Counted from the first letter of the whole stretch, positions 39,480-53,469 are shown. The stretch: 62,789 nt of DNA, filler included, from Choristocarpus tenellus KU-1152 (GCA_964200185.2; 11 parts of 11 records of this genome joined end to end with filler, not necessarily neighbours in it); one strand, 5' to 3'. Notes: generated by a model from the sequence alone, not told the origin. Translations and numbers: made by a program.

Positions 39480-40486
39480 ATCAACATTCGTACATGGTGT
39501 CGTGATTATCAAGCATGCCAAACGCATAAGACTGCTCATAACAAGCTAAGCTTCCCACTGGCCATATGCCCGTTGACAGACTGTTTCAACATGTTGCTAT
39601 TAATTTGGTAGAGTACAAAACACGTTCCCCAGCAGCAAATGGCGTGATGTGCTCGTATTTGTTGTCTGTCATTGATCACCTCACTCGTTTTGTAGTGTTG
39701 AGCCCTATTCCAAATAAAGAGGCCATAACAATTGCTCATACGCTGGTAGAACGTGTATTTTCAATTTTTGGCCCACCCGAGTTGATACACTCCGATCAAG
39801 GTATCGGATTTGAAGACAGCATCATTGCAGAGCTGCAGTCTGTCTTTGGTTACAAGAAAACCAAAACCACACCATATCATCCCCAAGGAAATTCTGTGTT
39901 AGAGAGAGTACATGCTACGTTGGATTCTATGCTAGCGATGTATATCTCTGTTGCTGAGGAAAACTGGGTATTGTTACTTCCTTTTGTAGAGTTAGCCCAT
40001 AACACAGCATTCAGTGCAAAGTCGCAGGAAACACCATTTTTCCTTCTGTTTGGAAGACAAGCTCGTTTACCTATTGATATTATCCCTGGTTCATTTAATG
40101 CCGATTCAGATGTCACTAATGAGGAGTTTACTCAGCAAACCAAAAATAATTCTCAGCTTGCGTTTGACTTGGCACGCCATAACCTCCATGAACATGTTAA
40201 ACATGAGGAGAACATCAACCAATGTCTAATGTTCCCCATTTTTGTACCTGGTGATCAAGCTCTAGTCTATAGGCCACATGAGAGTACTGATGGTCCGAAT
40301 CTGAAGTTACTTCACCCTTGGAGAGGTCCGTATGAAGTACATTCTAAAGTATCGCCCATCGTGTACAGGGTAGTACTACCTGGAAACCGACGTCCATTTT
40401 CCGTTCATCTGGGTAGAATGAAGCGTTACTATCGTCAAGTCCAACCTCTGCCACACCAGATTAAAATAAACTGGGTCGTCTTCTGA
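39480..40486 (+). mobile_element. Ty3/Gypsy integrase remnant
   Basis: WCRDYQACQ (zinc region), FQHVAINLVEY (D to N), VIDHLTRF, IHSDQG, TTPYHPQGNSVLERVH, ETPFFLLFGR, KLLHPWRGPY (GPY/F motif), VHLGRMKRY. Confidence 0.92.
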
Positions 40487-40956
40487 TAATCACAAAATAA
40501 TAGAACAGATCCCACAATGTCGTGAAATAATTGCAGCTTATCATACAGTAAATGAATTGAATAAACAGTAATAAATCTTGTCCCATACAGGGTTGACTTG
40601 AGAATATGTATGTACTGTTATCATACTCCTTTTGCATAGTCTGTATGTCATACATTGCCGTAATATTGTACCCTATCTTTTCAGTAAAGAGATTATTGAA
40701 TATATGTGCGGTACAGATCCTTGCCAAATTGTTTTTGTTTAGTTGTGTTCTTGTTTTTTTTATGACTTGTGTGTCTTGATCAGATCTCGTGGTACCCACA
40801 TACCATAATCCTTTACATAGGTTGACCTTCTAGTTTAGACAAATCGTTTGTGTGTCCTTTTGTTATAGATGGGTATAGTCTATCGTTTTGTGATGATATG
40901 AGATAACTGGTAACAGATGTCAGTTAAGTTATTGATTCCTTGCAAATAGACTATAT

Positions 40957-41211
40957 GAGCCAAAGTATCTTAGAGGGTAGAGCCGCGTCCATTTGGGGGT
41001 CAAAATCAAACGTTTCGATTTTGATGTAATTTTGGCTATCGCGTTTGTTAGGAAGTGTCAATATCTATGTTTCGGACACATCTTTTCATAATTTATACAC
41101 TTCGCCTACTCCTAAACATTTTGGAGTAGGAAAATGTACAAATAAACCCATGGGAAGCCAAGCCCCATATGAACAGAGCAAAACTCGCACCCTCTTAAGA
41201 TACTTTCACTC
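40957..41211. mobile_element. MITE family B, complete (255 bp), opposite orientation; flanks ATAT/ATAC
   Basis: GAGCCAAAGTATCTTAGAGGGT...CCCTCTTAAGATACTTTCACTC. Confidence 0.9.
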
Positions 41212-44200
41212 ATACGAATATGTTGGTGGATTTGGATAAATTAGTAACACATTAATTTCATCTCTCAACTCTCCTCATCTGTATCATTGGAAACATGCGG
41301 GGTGGTAAAGAGACTGTATCACTGGGTGCATTAGCACTCATGTGCTAGAGGCGGCTGTTAATTACATCATATTACTTTTTCATGAAATTGATTTATTTAT
41401 CACTATGAAATAACTAACCCCATTAAAAACAAAGACTCAAGTCTACCACTAGGTAAGAGATGGAGACTTCAGGTGAGTCAAACATGCTACTTACTTTGTT
41501 CTATTTTTTTTCGAGTGGCATGATCCCCCCAACATGATGTAATGACCGCACAGTCACCTCGTATCGTTTTGGAGATTTGAGCCGCCAACACCATTCGTCC
41601 AAGTTGTCTGTTCGGAATATTGTAGTTGTTGTGAACAATATTTCCAATCAACGCCATAATTTGAGGAAGGAGAATGGGCGCACACATCTGATCTCGTCAT
41701 CTGATGTGTCGGTATTGACCGTGTAACACGCGATGTTGTTTTCACACATCATGTAAGATTCATTCAGCAATGTCAGATCACACATGTTCATTAGTCAAAC
41801 CATTTATTTGCATCGAATAGCATTTGCTCCTCTTATTCCCATTCTGAGTATATCCTTTCTTTCATACAAGATACAAGAGACCTATATGCTAGCCTCATAT
41901 GCCTCTTGCCTCGTGGTTAGGCTGATTGATATGCTGATCCCATACTCTCAGACCTCGTAAGCTTGATTGGTGTGCTGACCAGACACCATCAACCTTAGGC
42001 TAGTCTTATCCTGATCAGATATTCATTAATGCATCGTTTATATATCACACTTCACTTTGTACTAATGGAGCTGTGTAATAAAAATGACACAATAGTATAC
42101 TATCAGTCACACATGTTTGCCATTTTTCTCCCAGGGCGAACATTTTGGTTGACTTTGAATCGTGTTTACATGGCTTCAAGGCCGATCAGAAGGGGGGGTG
42201 ATGTGGAAAGCAGGTTTTCTGTTGTTATACCTTTATTGCCATATGCCATATTCCGTTATACCAATTGAGGTTGTGTTCTGAGAACTTTGGTTCAACTGTG
42301 TGAAGGATATTCCAAGAGATAGATTTCCATGTTTTACCGTAACATCTCTTTATGAGTACTTTTTTTTTCCGAAGACGGATCTCTCATCTCTGAAGGGGTT
42401 TTTTTCCGAAACCCATCCGAATCGTGATCCTCCCCGCTTCCCCATTTCCCCACATTTTCCTGCAATTCCTTCCAGTCTTGCATTTGTCCAACCATAACCT
42501 TGCCCTCTCGGTTACGGCTCATCTTCGTCTGTCTGGTCCGTCATGCCCGATTATTTTCTTCACCACCCTTCCCTGAGTGAACCATACTGTCACAGAATCA
42601 CGCAAATCATAGCAAGATATTTTTTTACTAAAACGTGGAGCATCTTCAACAAAAAAATTGGGGTGTGGTTCCTTCCCTCAATCAAGGGGAAAACCATTTT
42701 GAGGCATTCTGTTCTTACACGGTCTTCTCTTTTCCTCCCTCCATCGTATACAACAGACCGCTGATTCCTCTGTTGCCTATGCTCAAGAGTGATGCACACA
42801 ACCTAACTTCTTCACCTCTGCTACCGCTCCAAACACCCACCCAAACATTTCACCCTCATGCTTAGCCCTCATCTTCCACCCCTTCCTCTATTTCCCCCAC
42901 GAGATCTGAACAGGTAATGATCTAGATAGATGTTTAACACCTGGATCTTTCTCAGTTGATCCTAAAGCTACGCCTTTATTCTCTTTGGTCCTTGTTGTAA
43001 GATGTCTATCTGTAAGGGCAGTACCTGGGTCTCCATTGATTTTTTTTATGGTGCCAGCACACTCTCTATCACTCTCCTCCTGAGGCCACCACCGCTCCAC
43101 ACCAATGCTGTTTTCGGGGTCCTGGTGTCGCCACCACGGGATTGGCCCCTTGCATGTGAACACTACCTGCTCCAGGAGTTTCCTTCCACTTGTAGCACTT
43201 TAGAGTCAAGATGGTGAATTCAGAGTGTGGAAGGAAAGGGGGACAGGACCAAGTACGGAGAAGAGGATAGTGAGAATGGGGAAGGCTGAGAGTCTGATGT
43301 GCAGTAGAAGTATTGTCTGCCAATCATCCAGTCACCTAATTGTTGCCGATACTCCCTGGAGTAGAAAGGAGTAGAACATCCTAAAGTGGCGACTGACAGA
43401 GGGGGATATGTAGAAAATCACCTTCAGAGTGAGATATATCACCAAGGCCTGTGAACTGATGAAAAATTTCATTCTGTGCCACAAATAGGTACCATTTCTT
43501 CCTTTCATATGTAGGCCAATCACATTTTTTGTGCATCTTCAAATATAACTGAATGAGGTACTCAGTATATATCAGTGGTACCCTGCAATAGATTAAACAC
43601 ACTATTCTATATCCTCCAATATATTTGCTGAAGGTAAGTAGATACATTGTTGTGCCTTGATATTTCAAGTATGTTATGGTATGGATGGATGGGAGTGCAG
43701 ACATCAAGGGGGTATATGTGCGAACTGATGTCCATGATCACCTGAAGAGTTCAATGGCATGCAACAGGGACTCCCTCGCATTCCTTCCATCAGCCAATCG
43801 GAGTTTTTCTGTCATTGATGCAAGGCGATTAAGCAGTCCCTGCAAGGTATTATCTCAAACATGATCAAAACCAAGAGATGCAGCAAATGAGAATACAACC
43901 AAGACAAAGCCAACTGGCACAGTAGGGCATGGGGAGACAACTGTAGAAGAAGAGATGGGATAAAAAGGTTGAGGAGGTTACAACAGTCACGTGACGACAT
44001 GCCTTGCATTTGCTCTGACTGTATGTCCTTTGTGTGTGTTAATTGAGATGGGGCCCCATTATCAGTTGACAAGTTGAGGACATTTCAATATGACTGGGAG
44101 GAGAGGGGAGAGGAGTGATAGGTGGAAGCACAAGAGGATGTGAGAATGAAGAAGCAGGATCATGAACTGAGGGTGAGGATCGAATCTCTATAGAATAAGG

Positions 44201-44899
44201 TGTGGAGAGCAATGTAAAGCATCTTAGGGTATTGATCAGAGCCAAAGTAAACGAGAGGTGCCCAGATTTGGGGCATTTTTCATTTAAAGTCAGTTATTCA
44301 TTTTTTGCAACTCACCCACATTTCTATGGATGAAGTGCTACATTTGAGTTGAGAGTGTTGATTCCTCCATTGCTTGAAAATTTTCGTTAGAATTCAGAAA
44401 AAATCCGAGTACACAGTTGTAAAAAAAGTCGAATGTTGTACCTATTTGTCATCATCCTTGAAATAAACCTCTGGGTACCTCTCATTTTCTTTGACTCTCG
44501 ACAGTCACAGGAAAATCAGGTAAATTTCTGACAACCCCCTCGAAAAATAGTAACATGTGAAGGCTAGTCAGCAAAAGAGTAGAATATTGTATAATATGTA
44601 ATGCTCATGGGATCGTGTGCACATGCTGAACTGCCACCAATATATATATATATATATATATATTAAAAGTAACAACGTATCACCGGACAATCTGCCACAA
44701 TTTTTTTATGCTTCCAACAAGAAGAGGGTAGTTAGTAGGACACATCCTTTCATATGTTGTAGTAATTTTTAACTTGTTCATACTCTAAGTGCCGTTTCTT
44801 GGTTTGTTTCATTTCACTCGGCCTAGGGGTAGTAAAGGAACTACCAACTGCTCTGAAAAATTCAAATCTTACACCCTGTGAAACACACATTTGGCTATT

Positions 44900-45074
44900 G
44901 GCTCAAAGTATCTAGGGGGGGGTGGCGGCTGTCCATTTGGGGGTCAATTTATTCATGTCTCGGTTTTGGGGTGATTTGGTTGTATACATCGGATGGATAA
45001 TGTCAATGCACTTTTCCTTGTTATGGTACAAAAGGACACCCTGGTGTAGACCCCCTCCCCCCCCCCCCCCCCCC
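44900..45074. mobile_element. MITE family A, near-complete, ending in poly-C near the contig end
   Basis: GGCTCAAAGTATCTAGGGGGGGGTGGCGGCTGTCCATTTGGGG...GGACACCCTGGTGTAGACCCCC. Confidence 0.85.
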
Positions 45075-46014
45075 TTGGCGATCTGAAGGGGGGCGGGTGG
45101 GGGGGGGGGGTGGCTCTCGCGGGGGCCGCCGCTGCTAAAAAAAAAAANNNNNNNNNNNNNNNNNNNNNNNNNNNNNNNNNNNNNNNNNNNNTTAATTAAT
45201 TAANNNNNNNNNNNNNNNNNNNNNNNNNNNNNNNNNNNNNNNNNNNNAGACCGTTTTCGCAAAACAACCATCCTCATAGTCCTGCACCATCCTCAATTTT
45301 GAGAAATCCCTGTTATCAGGGAAAAACGACAGATAATAGGTAATAGAAGGAGCAAGAAGTGTCGGAGGAGGGGGTGTGAGGTCCAGGACCAATAATCCCT
45401 ATGCAAATCAATCGATGTTTTCTGCACTTCATCATCATCGCTATGCATCTCATAAGACAAAGTTTGAACAAATGAGTACAGGAATATAGGACAAGGGCAG
45501 GGTGAGCGTAAACGTTGACATCCTCACAGCAGCTTGTCCATCAATCTCCACTACTGCGATTGGTTGTAACCAGTCATAACAGGGAATTCATTGGTGACTT
45601 TGTTGGAATCCACCAGTCATGTAGGGGTTACCGCGAACTGGTCGTCGTGCGTCTGACGCACTCCGCATCACCTTAACTGGTCTCAATGGCAAAAGGTCCC
45701 ATACAGAAATGCATGCGACTGTGTCCACCACTATTATTATTATTGTTGTCTTTGACAAAGAGCATATATATGTCGATCCCAACAAGGTATCTATTTTATT
45801 TAGTATTTGAAAGAAAAACAACATACTCCTTGAATCATGTTCACTATGTAGTCTTTTATTCATTTTGTGTTCCTAGTGAGAACATTGCGAGAAATTTATT
45901 TCGCATTATTTCGAGTAGAAAGTTGACAAGCGGAGTGACTGTAGTATTTTATAGTGAACAACACATGGTAGAATATTTTTCACTTTTGTGAGAATTGTTA
46001 CTTCTTTAGGGAAT

Positions 46015-46550
46015 TTCAGATGTGAATAGTTTTCAATAGTTTTTCCAATTGCACATCTTCAAAATGCTAGAATCATAGTATATATTTGTAGTACAACAAA
46101 TTCTACGAATTGATACTATCACATCGGGAAAATGTAAGAGGGTATAATAATACTAATACTGACAATGTGTATTTTATTATTATGCCCTCTGACATTTTGC
46201 AGATGTGTATAGTTTTCATTGGTTTCTTCTGGAAAATGTCAGAGGACAAAATAAAAAAACACTATTAGAGGGTATAATGATATACAATTATTCCGTTGTC
46301 TATCATACCGTAAAGCACTCCAAACCGTAAAAATTACTTGTACTAGAAAAAAGGACCAAGTCAGAAAGAAAAACTATTACCTCTAGGAACTTTTTGTATC
46401 CTCTTTATATTCTAATCTGACCAAGGTGCTATTATTAGTACTCAATGTGACATATCTTCATTTCCTTAGGGCTTATAATGACATGAATAGTTTTCATTGG
46501 TTTCCTCCCCGACACATCTGGAAAAATGATAGAGGCAGAGGGCATAATAA
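46015..46550. repeat. Cluster of 3-4 degenerate ~75-90 bp palindromic units
   Basis: 46181-46253 reads TATGCCCTCTGACATTTTGCAGATGTG-TATAGTTTTCATTGGTTTC-TTCTGGAAAATGTCAGAGG. Related units or halves at ~46015-46060, ~46119-46150 and ~46480-46550. Confidence 0.65.
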
Positions 46551-46610
46551 TAAAAAATATAGTACACAATAAATAAATAAATATATATATAGGGCATAAT
46601 AATATACTAT

Positions 46611-46645
<35 letters not shown>

Positions 46646-47935
46646 TACCATGTTAGACCATACGATAACGTATGAGAAGTAATACGAAAATTAATCCTTG
46701 TAGTAGAGGTTGTGATAATTTCAATACGAAGAAACACTATCACCAACTCATAATGGAAATATTATATGAATAGTGAAGAACATTATTCAAGGTGACAAGT
46801 TCCAACAGATTGTGATGTGGGAAAAACAAGAAATATGAAGGGTAGAAGTTTGTGTTTAAATATGATGAGTATTGGTTGGACAATTTTATTAAATTCGTCA
46901 CAACAACAATCCGTTGAAAATGTCTGTTGAACCTGACAACCCTGGGCTAAGAAGAAGGCCATCCAAACACTTGTTGTCGTGTATTGCCTTATCTCATCAA
47001 GGTTACGCCGTTAAATTGACAGTGTGGTACTATTGTTGTAGATCTCTTCAGTCATATGCAAAGGAACAATGCTGCGGTGGGTGAGCTGCCAAGGTCTTAC
47101 CATATCAGCCCTGTCCTAGGTGATACCTGCGAAAAGCCCCAGTGCAAGGAGTTTGATGAAGCCAGCCAGTGCCTGGGGCATATGTTCGATAGTGATGGCT
47201 GGAATGGCAGGCGGAGTGTCAATAGGACAAATGTAAGCAATCCAGTCTTGTTCTCTCTTTCGTACCACGCGATGTGAGGTAGAAAGGAAGGCATGTTTGT
47301 ACTCTTCGTTAGGGATAAGTGCTGCAATTGTATCAAATCACTCTCCGTTACTATCCCTGACAGCAACTTGCCCCTAGCCCTTTTCACAGAAATAGTTGCC
47401 TTCTACAAGCTCACCTATCCCACACAATCATATCCTTTGCACTGGCGCTCGATCACTGCCTGCCTTTCCGCACCCAACCTCATCATTCAACCTCGACCTC
47501 CGAAGACATTTGCACAGGCGAGGTCGATAAACGATCTTTGCCTCTCACCCTAGCGGGTGCCTGCTATTGCAGGACTTAAACCAAATGTTTTTCAGCATTC
47601 CCTGTCTAGTTTTACGTCCCCTCTCTGTGGATGGGATATTGCACACATCTGATGAGATGATTATCCGAGCGAATGGGTTGGGAACGTGTGTGACCCAATT
47701 TCAACCTGTGGAGTTTCATCTATTCCATGCTCTTGCCAACTCGATTATTTATTTAGTGGCTTAGCTTCCGACCAATATGACAAAAGTGTATTTTGCACCC
47801 TCGCTGTCTGGTGGAGGCCTCTAAATTTCGAGTGCGATACCAACTGTATGTATGCATGATCGTAGGATGTGTTCTCGTGGTTGCGTCGATGCCTCATTTG
47901 CGTAGCCACCTCAACTGATACCCTTCACACAACAG

Positions 47936-50718
47936 GTAGCGTATGTTGGAGGCTGTGAATTACTGAACAACAGCCAGCTTCAACAAACCTCCTCTACTGG
48001 AGGTGAACCGGGAAGTGACAACTTTGTGAACGACCAACAACCACTGCTCGAGATGGAAATTTACGACCTCTGGAAGAGCGTGCACATCGAGGAGGAAGAA
48101 GAACTGCAACAAGTACAAGGGCTGTCGTCTTACCCTGTCGGTACCATTAGTGGAGCTCGGTGGGTTCTTCCTCTCGACTTGATTTTGTGCTTTCGTCGTA
48201 ATGTGACCTGTTCTTTGAGAATGGCAAAGCAATGCATGGCGATGTTGTCAGAGTGCCTCTAGAAAATATTCTGATCTGCACTGATCCCCACTCCAGAGAG
48301 AGTTGAGCAGTGAAAGTGAATTTTGGTAAAATTGACTTTTTAACAAACTGACCTTTTTTACTTGGCATCCCACCAATACTGTAGTTTCTTACACTAACAT
48401 CAAATCTACTTCCCAATAGTTTGTAGGGCATCACACTTTCTCTGCACAACTGACCTGTAAGAGTCTTGTTTCTTCTCAAAGAACTTTCCTCAATTCAGCT
48501 GTGACTACAATTGCCTTGCTGACTACCTCCCCCACCCTATTTATCCCGTGTGGACTTCTTGAGCAGTCTGTTACGTGATGGTCGGAGCGATCATCCTAGA
48601 TCCCCAACCAACCCTGTTCAAGCACAGCTTCTGGGAGGAAGTGGCTCTGGTACTATTGCCACTGTTGCCGCTGATCAGGACCCTATTAACAGTGCACTGG
48701 GACCATCAAATTTTGCTCGGGAAGCAATGCTCCTTGCAGCTGCTGCCGATCGATGTGCAGCTCAAAGGGTGGAGGCATTGCAGGATCACAGTAGTGGTGA
48801 CTCTGCACCCCATTCCGGCTCAGTTGGTCACCCAACTCAACCACTTGGTGTGCAGAGTGGAGATTGTGCTGGCACTGCTCCGATTCTTGTACAGCCTAAT
48901 TCTGCTGAAATGACGCCTGGTGACCACAACAATGCTGTCTGGGATGTGGGTTGGGCTCGGGGTGGATTTGAGAAACAACAAGATCAACAAGCTCAAATGC
49001 ACAACCTCATGGGCTACTGGCTTGACACACATGCTGCTGATAACTGGATGGGGGAAGTGTCTGGGAGCCTAGGAAGAAAAGGTGATGGGGAAGAAGATGG
49101 GATTAGGGTTGATGAAGAGATCAACCATAAGGGTAGAGCTCAAATGGATGGGTTTCTTGGACTTGGTGGAGGCGGGGAGGTGGGAAAGAGAAGGGTAAAT
49201 CCTGCCACTGCGAAATGCGGTGAGATGGGATCAGGTGGCATATCAAGGCGATTGCGACATGGGCTACTGGGATCAAGCACTGTGCAGGCGGCAGCTTCTA
49301 TGCTAAGAAGGAGGAAGTCTTCCCACAAGAAACAGCTGAAAGCCTCATGGACTTCTGATGCATACAGCCCAGCCACATCAGTTCCTCCTTCTGTCTCAAT
49401 AAGTGTTGACAGCATCACTGGTGCCTTGCCCTGCTCCGGCTTGGTAAGAGATCCGTCCTGGTCTGCCCCAAAGAGGGCACAACTGAATGGTGAGATGACC
49501 AACAAAGTTGGGGTGGACACCTGCCCTGCCACCCAGGCTAGGCCTACCTTGTTAAGTGATACTACGCCATTAGCAACAAATGCATCGGTAGTGGTTTCAG
49601 TTGAGGGTCTTGAGCAGAGCATGGAGAGTGATGTGTTGAAGAGTGGATGCTTTGGAGTCCGAGAAGTGCTGGGGGATAGCAAAGGAGGTGTAGGCAAACC
49701 TGAGGTGGGGGATGGGGGTGTGATCTGGGGGGATGCTGCACTTATGAATGAACTCGTGGAAAAGGATAGCATTGAAGAGGGAATGTGTCAAGGTGCACAC
49801 TTGGCTTCTGGAGGTGTGGGGTGGGGTGGGGGGGTTGGGGGGGTTGGCTTGGGCATGATTGAAAACAACATGGTGAGCGGTAGGGGCAGGGATAATGTTG
49901 AAGTGAGAGCTAGTGCTCCAAGAAGCCAGGAAAGTGGAACTTTGAATGTTGGTATGGTAGGTGGTTCGACTGATCTCTCTGTCAAGGCAAGTCAAGTCTC
50001 CACAACTGGGCAGGTGCCTGATTCGGCACCACTATTGTGGGATCTGCAGACAAAGCAGGGTGTGGCGGTGCCTGCAACAGCTTCAGCTACTGGACATCAC
50101 GCTAAGGGCATTGAGAAGATGGTTCCCTTATTGCCAGGTAGGTTTTTGCCTGGCGGGGGTGCAGTGGGATCGATTGGGCAGTGGGGTGCTCATAGCACTG
50201 GTGGTGTATTTGGAGCAAACTTTGGGGGTATGGTGGGAGGTGTTGGGGAAAGCAGTTCCAGCAGCACCAGTGTAAAGCGATCGGCTAAGGGCAGCTATAA
50301 GTGCAGCCGGTGTGGGCAGATCAAACAGAACCATGAATGCCCACTGGATGCTGGTCTCCTCAAGGTGGCGGCCTCTTCAACGCAGACTGACCTTCGTATC
50401 ACAGGCACGGGGCAACATAGCACTAGCCTCCTCCACCCAGGAGGTGTACAGACAACCATTAGTCGTGCTCTGGCGTTTTCCTCTCATCCCAAGGACGGTC
50501 TGTTGGCGGCAGATATGTATGTCCCCGGTGATCGAGTATTGTTTTGTAGGAGCCCCTGGCCTGAGGTTGCGGCCCAGCAGCCCCCAACATCGTTTCGATT
50601 GCAGTTGCCACAACGCATGCCTACTGCCTTGGGAGATGATATTGCCGTCACTTTGGCTGAAGCCCTCGGCGTTGATCCTCCTACAGCTGGTGTGGGGAAG
50701 GGGGGAATAGTAGAGTAG
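47936..50718 (+). CDS. Large disordered protein with a C-terminal CxxC-x5-HxC zinc-finger motif (exons 47936-48159, 48567-50718; start not resolved)
   Basis: A 2.15-kb open exon plus an upstream exon joined in phase 2 (CG|GTGGGT...GCAG|T). Motif KGSYKCSRCGQIKQNHECP at ~50287-50343; basic NLS-like RRRKSSHKK. Confidence 0.8.
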
Positions 50719-53469
50719 GTGACAGCAAGGGTTGTTATACAGGTGCTGAGTGTATGGCCTTAGGGGAAATATATATCTGATGTGTGTGGTGTACTGCCCC
50801 TACACGTCGGTGGCCAGCAGCGTTGTTTGTTGGAGGATGTCAGAACACCAGTGAGGATCGCATCTGGAACAGTGAGATGCCTACTATTATTGAAGGGGCT
50901 ACCAGATTTGTCCACAGTTGCTTTTTGATGAATTGATAAAGTCACAGCTCTCATCTAGGGTGGGGGTGCTGCTATCCAACATAAGACATCAAATTTAGGA
51001 AGAAGTACCTGCGACTCGTACAACCACCTGTGAAGATGCATGTACCTCCTGCTTTGCCTTGGCAGTGGGAGGGACCCCTTTTGAGTCCTGTGCTTCACAG
51101 TGTGTTTTTATTTTTTCCATGTTCAACTGTTTGTTGCTCAGTTAGGGCAGTGATGGATTGATATATAGGGGGCAACGGGGTTTGGGGATGCTGAGGAGCT
51201 ACCCTTCCTGTGGGATCCTCCTCTTCCAGAGATGAGAAGCTATCTGCTCTGTGGGGCTTCCTATGCCACAACCTTAAGTGCGTGATGAAGAGATTGTTTG
51301 ATGTTTTTTTTATTGTATGTCAAGAATGAAATTGCTATCTTGTGTGGTACGTACTTGTTTTATAACATAGGTGGCATTGCATTCAGAGTACCTGCGGGGC
51401 AGTAATGGCATGAGCCAATGTAGCCAACATTGAATACACAATGTTTTTGTGGGGGCAGTGCATATGGATTCAATTTGTGTTTTACTATATGCAATAGCTA
51501 GCATGTCATACAGAGTACCCATGGGGCAACGACCCAATGTTGATTACACGGATGTTTTTGTGAGAGGAAAGTGAATAGATGATGGATGCCCCAACATAGT
51601 CGCTAGAGAACTCTCTCGAGTAGAGAACTAACTCTCTCAAGCAGGGGAAATTTCTTGTTTTTGTTACAGTTACGTTGTGTAGTGATGGTACATGTGGATT
51701 CATGCACACATATTCCTGAAGTATATACTCTAGGGCATATTTTATTGTTGATATACTTTTGTGTTTTTATCGAGTTGCGCAGGTTTCTGTCTAAATTTGC
51801 ATGAGCCCGCATTGAATTCTTTTTTTCTTCCATTGATATATATATATATATTTGCTCTGGTTCTGGATGTGTTATCCCTATACTTACAATGCTTACTTAC
51901 AGTAGAAATCCCTATAACAGTAATTTTTTTTTCCATGTTTATTGGATTTTATTTTTAGTCGCAAAGTAGTGTACAGTATCGCAGTAGGTGCAAGGCGGTG
52001 CATGATGCAGTGATGATATTGCTCTTATCTCTGTATCTTATGATACCTGCTCAGTAATCTTGCTGTCAGGCACTCTAGTTGCTTCTTTTCCCTGTTGGTG
52101 TAGAGCGGAGTTTCGTAGGAATGATTTCCTTCTTTGTGACTTCCTTGTCTGTTCTTTTTTAGATGCGATGAGCTTTAATCGCGCGAGTGGACACAGCTGA
52201 GAGGAAATGATAATTCTATGAGCTCGAATAATACTTTTGTCACATGCCTGGTCAGAAACAACTCTGATAGTTTTTAAATGCTGTTTGCTTGGGTGACTCG
52301 ACCAGGTACAACATTCTTGGCAGAACGTTCTTAACACACAGTCAAAATAACCAACCCGTTTTGTGTCCACTTGTCCTTGAAAAAGAAGAGTAAGGGTTAA
52401 TATTCGCATTTGTGTGTTGTGTGGGGTATCTTTGTTTTGTGGCGGAATGACTGTTGCATTGCTTAGTCGTATCATCACGATATTTCGATGATATGAAGTG
52501 GGATATTTTGCTTCCTCACAAAATGTTTACCCAATGATGCAGCATGTAAATGGATTCCGATACTTCCTACAACAAAAACAACAGTAATAGTGCAAGAATA
52601 CATTTTTTTGATGGGCATGTACTAGTATATACTACGTACAATATGTGGTATAGTACAGATGAGGACCTTTTGTGTGCAATAGTAGTGCGCAGTTCCTCTC
52701 GTCGATAGTACTACTCCAGTAGTTGCCTTACTTTACAGTTACGTATGAAACAGCCGATTTCAAAAATTGAGTATGGACCTTTTCATTGAGGATGGGCTTG
52801 ACCCAAAATTGACTGGGNNNNNNNNNNNNNNNNNNNNNNNNNNNNNNNNNNNNNNNNNNNNTTAATTAATTAANNNNNNNNNNNNNNNNNNNNNNNNNNN
52901 NNNNNNNNNNNNNNNNNATCTGGCGGACAGGTACAACACCCCTCCATCATCACACAACATCTTAGCACCCCGCGCAACTCTCGCTTAGCGTCCGGATCAT
53001 CTTCAACGTGAGTCCCGTAGCCAATAGGGTCACTACGGTGAGTCCGCCGTCTTTCGCCAGACAGAACCCCATTAGCGCAGGGTCAAAAAAATCAAGCTGA
53101 GCGAGGAAGGTCGAAACGTGCAGCCTTATGGTACACCTTAGCGGTACCTCCTGGTAAGAAATGGCTTTCGAAAGGCGTTGAACCAGAGTTGGCAGTGCAG
53201 TTTGGAGTTGGCGAACAATATCCGAGATAACTGTGGTGCATGTACAAGAACAATTGGACAGTGGCAACACGCTTTCGCTGAAACCAGCATCGCGAAGGGG
53301 TGGGCCACCGGCCCTTGTTTAGGTGTCTATCAAGCAAGCCAAATTCGGTCTCATTGCTGGCAGCTGAAAGCTTCAGCGATGGCTCAAAATGATGGACGAA
53401 ACCAAGGTGAAATGGCACATTACCCTGAACCTGTCATTGACACATCGAAAAAACCGGGTAGATTTCAAC

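Noticed and set aside
42300-44300. Scattered 60-110 aa ORFs
   Set aside because: No motifs and no consistent splice phases; probably decayed TE or intergenic DNA.
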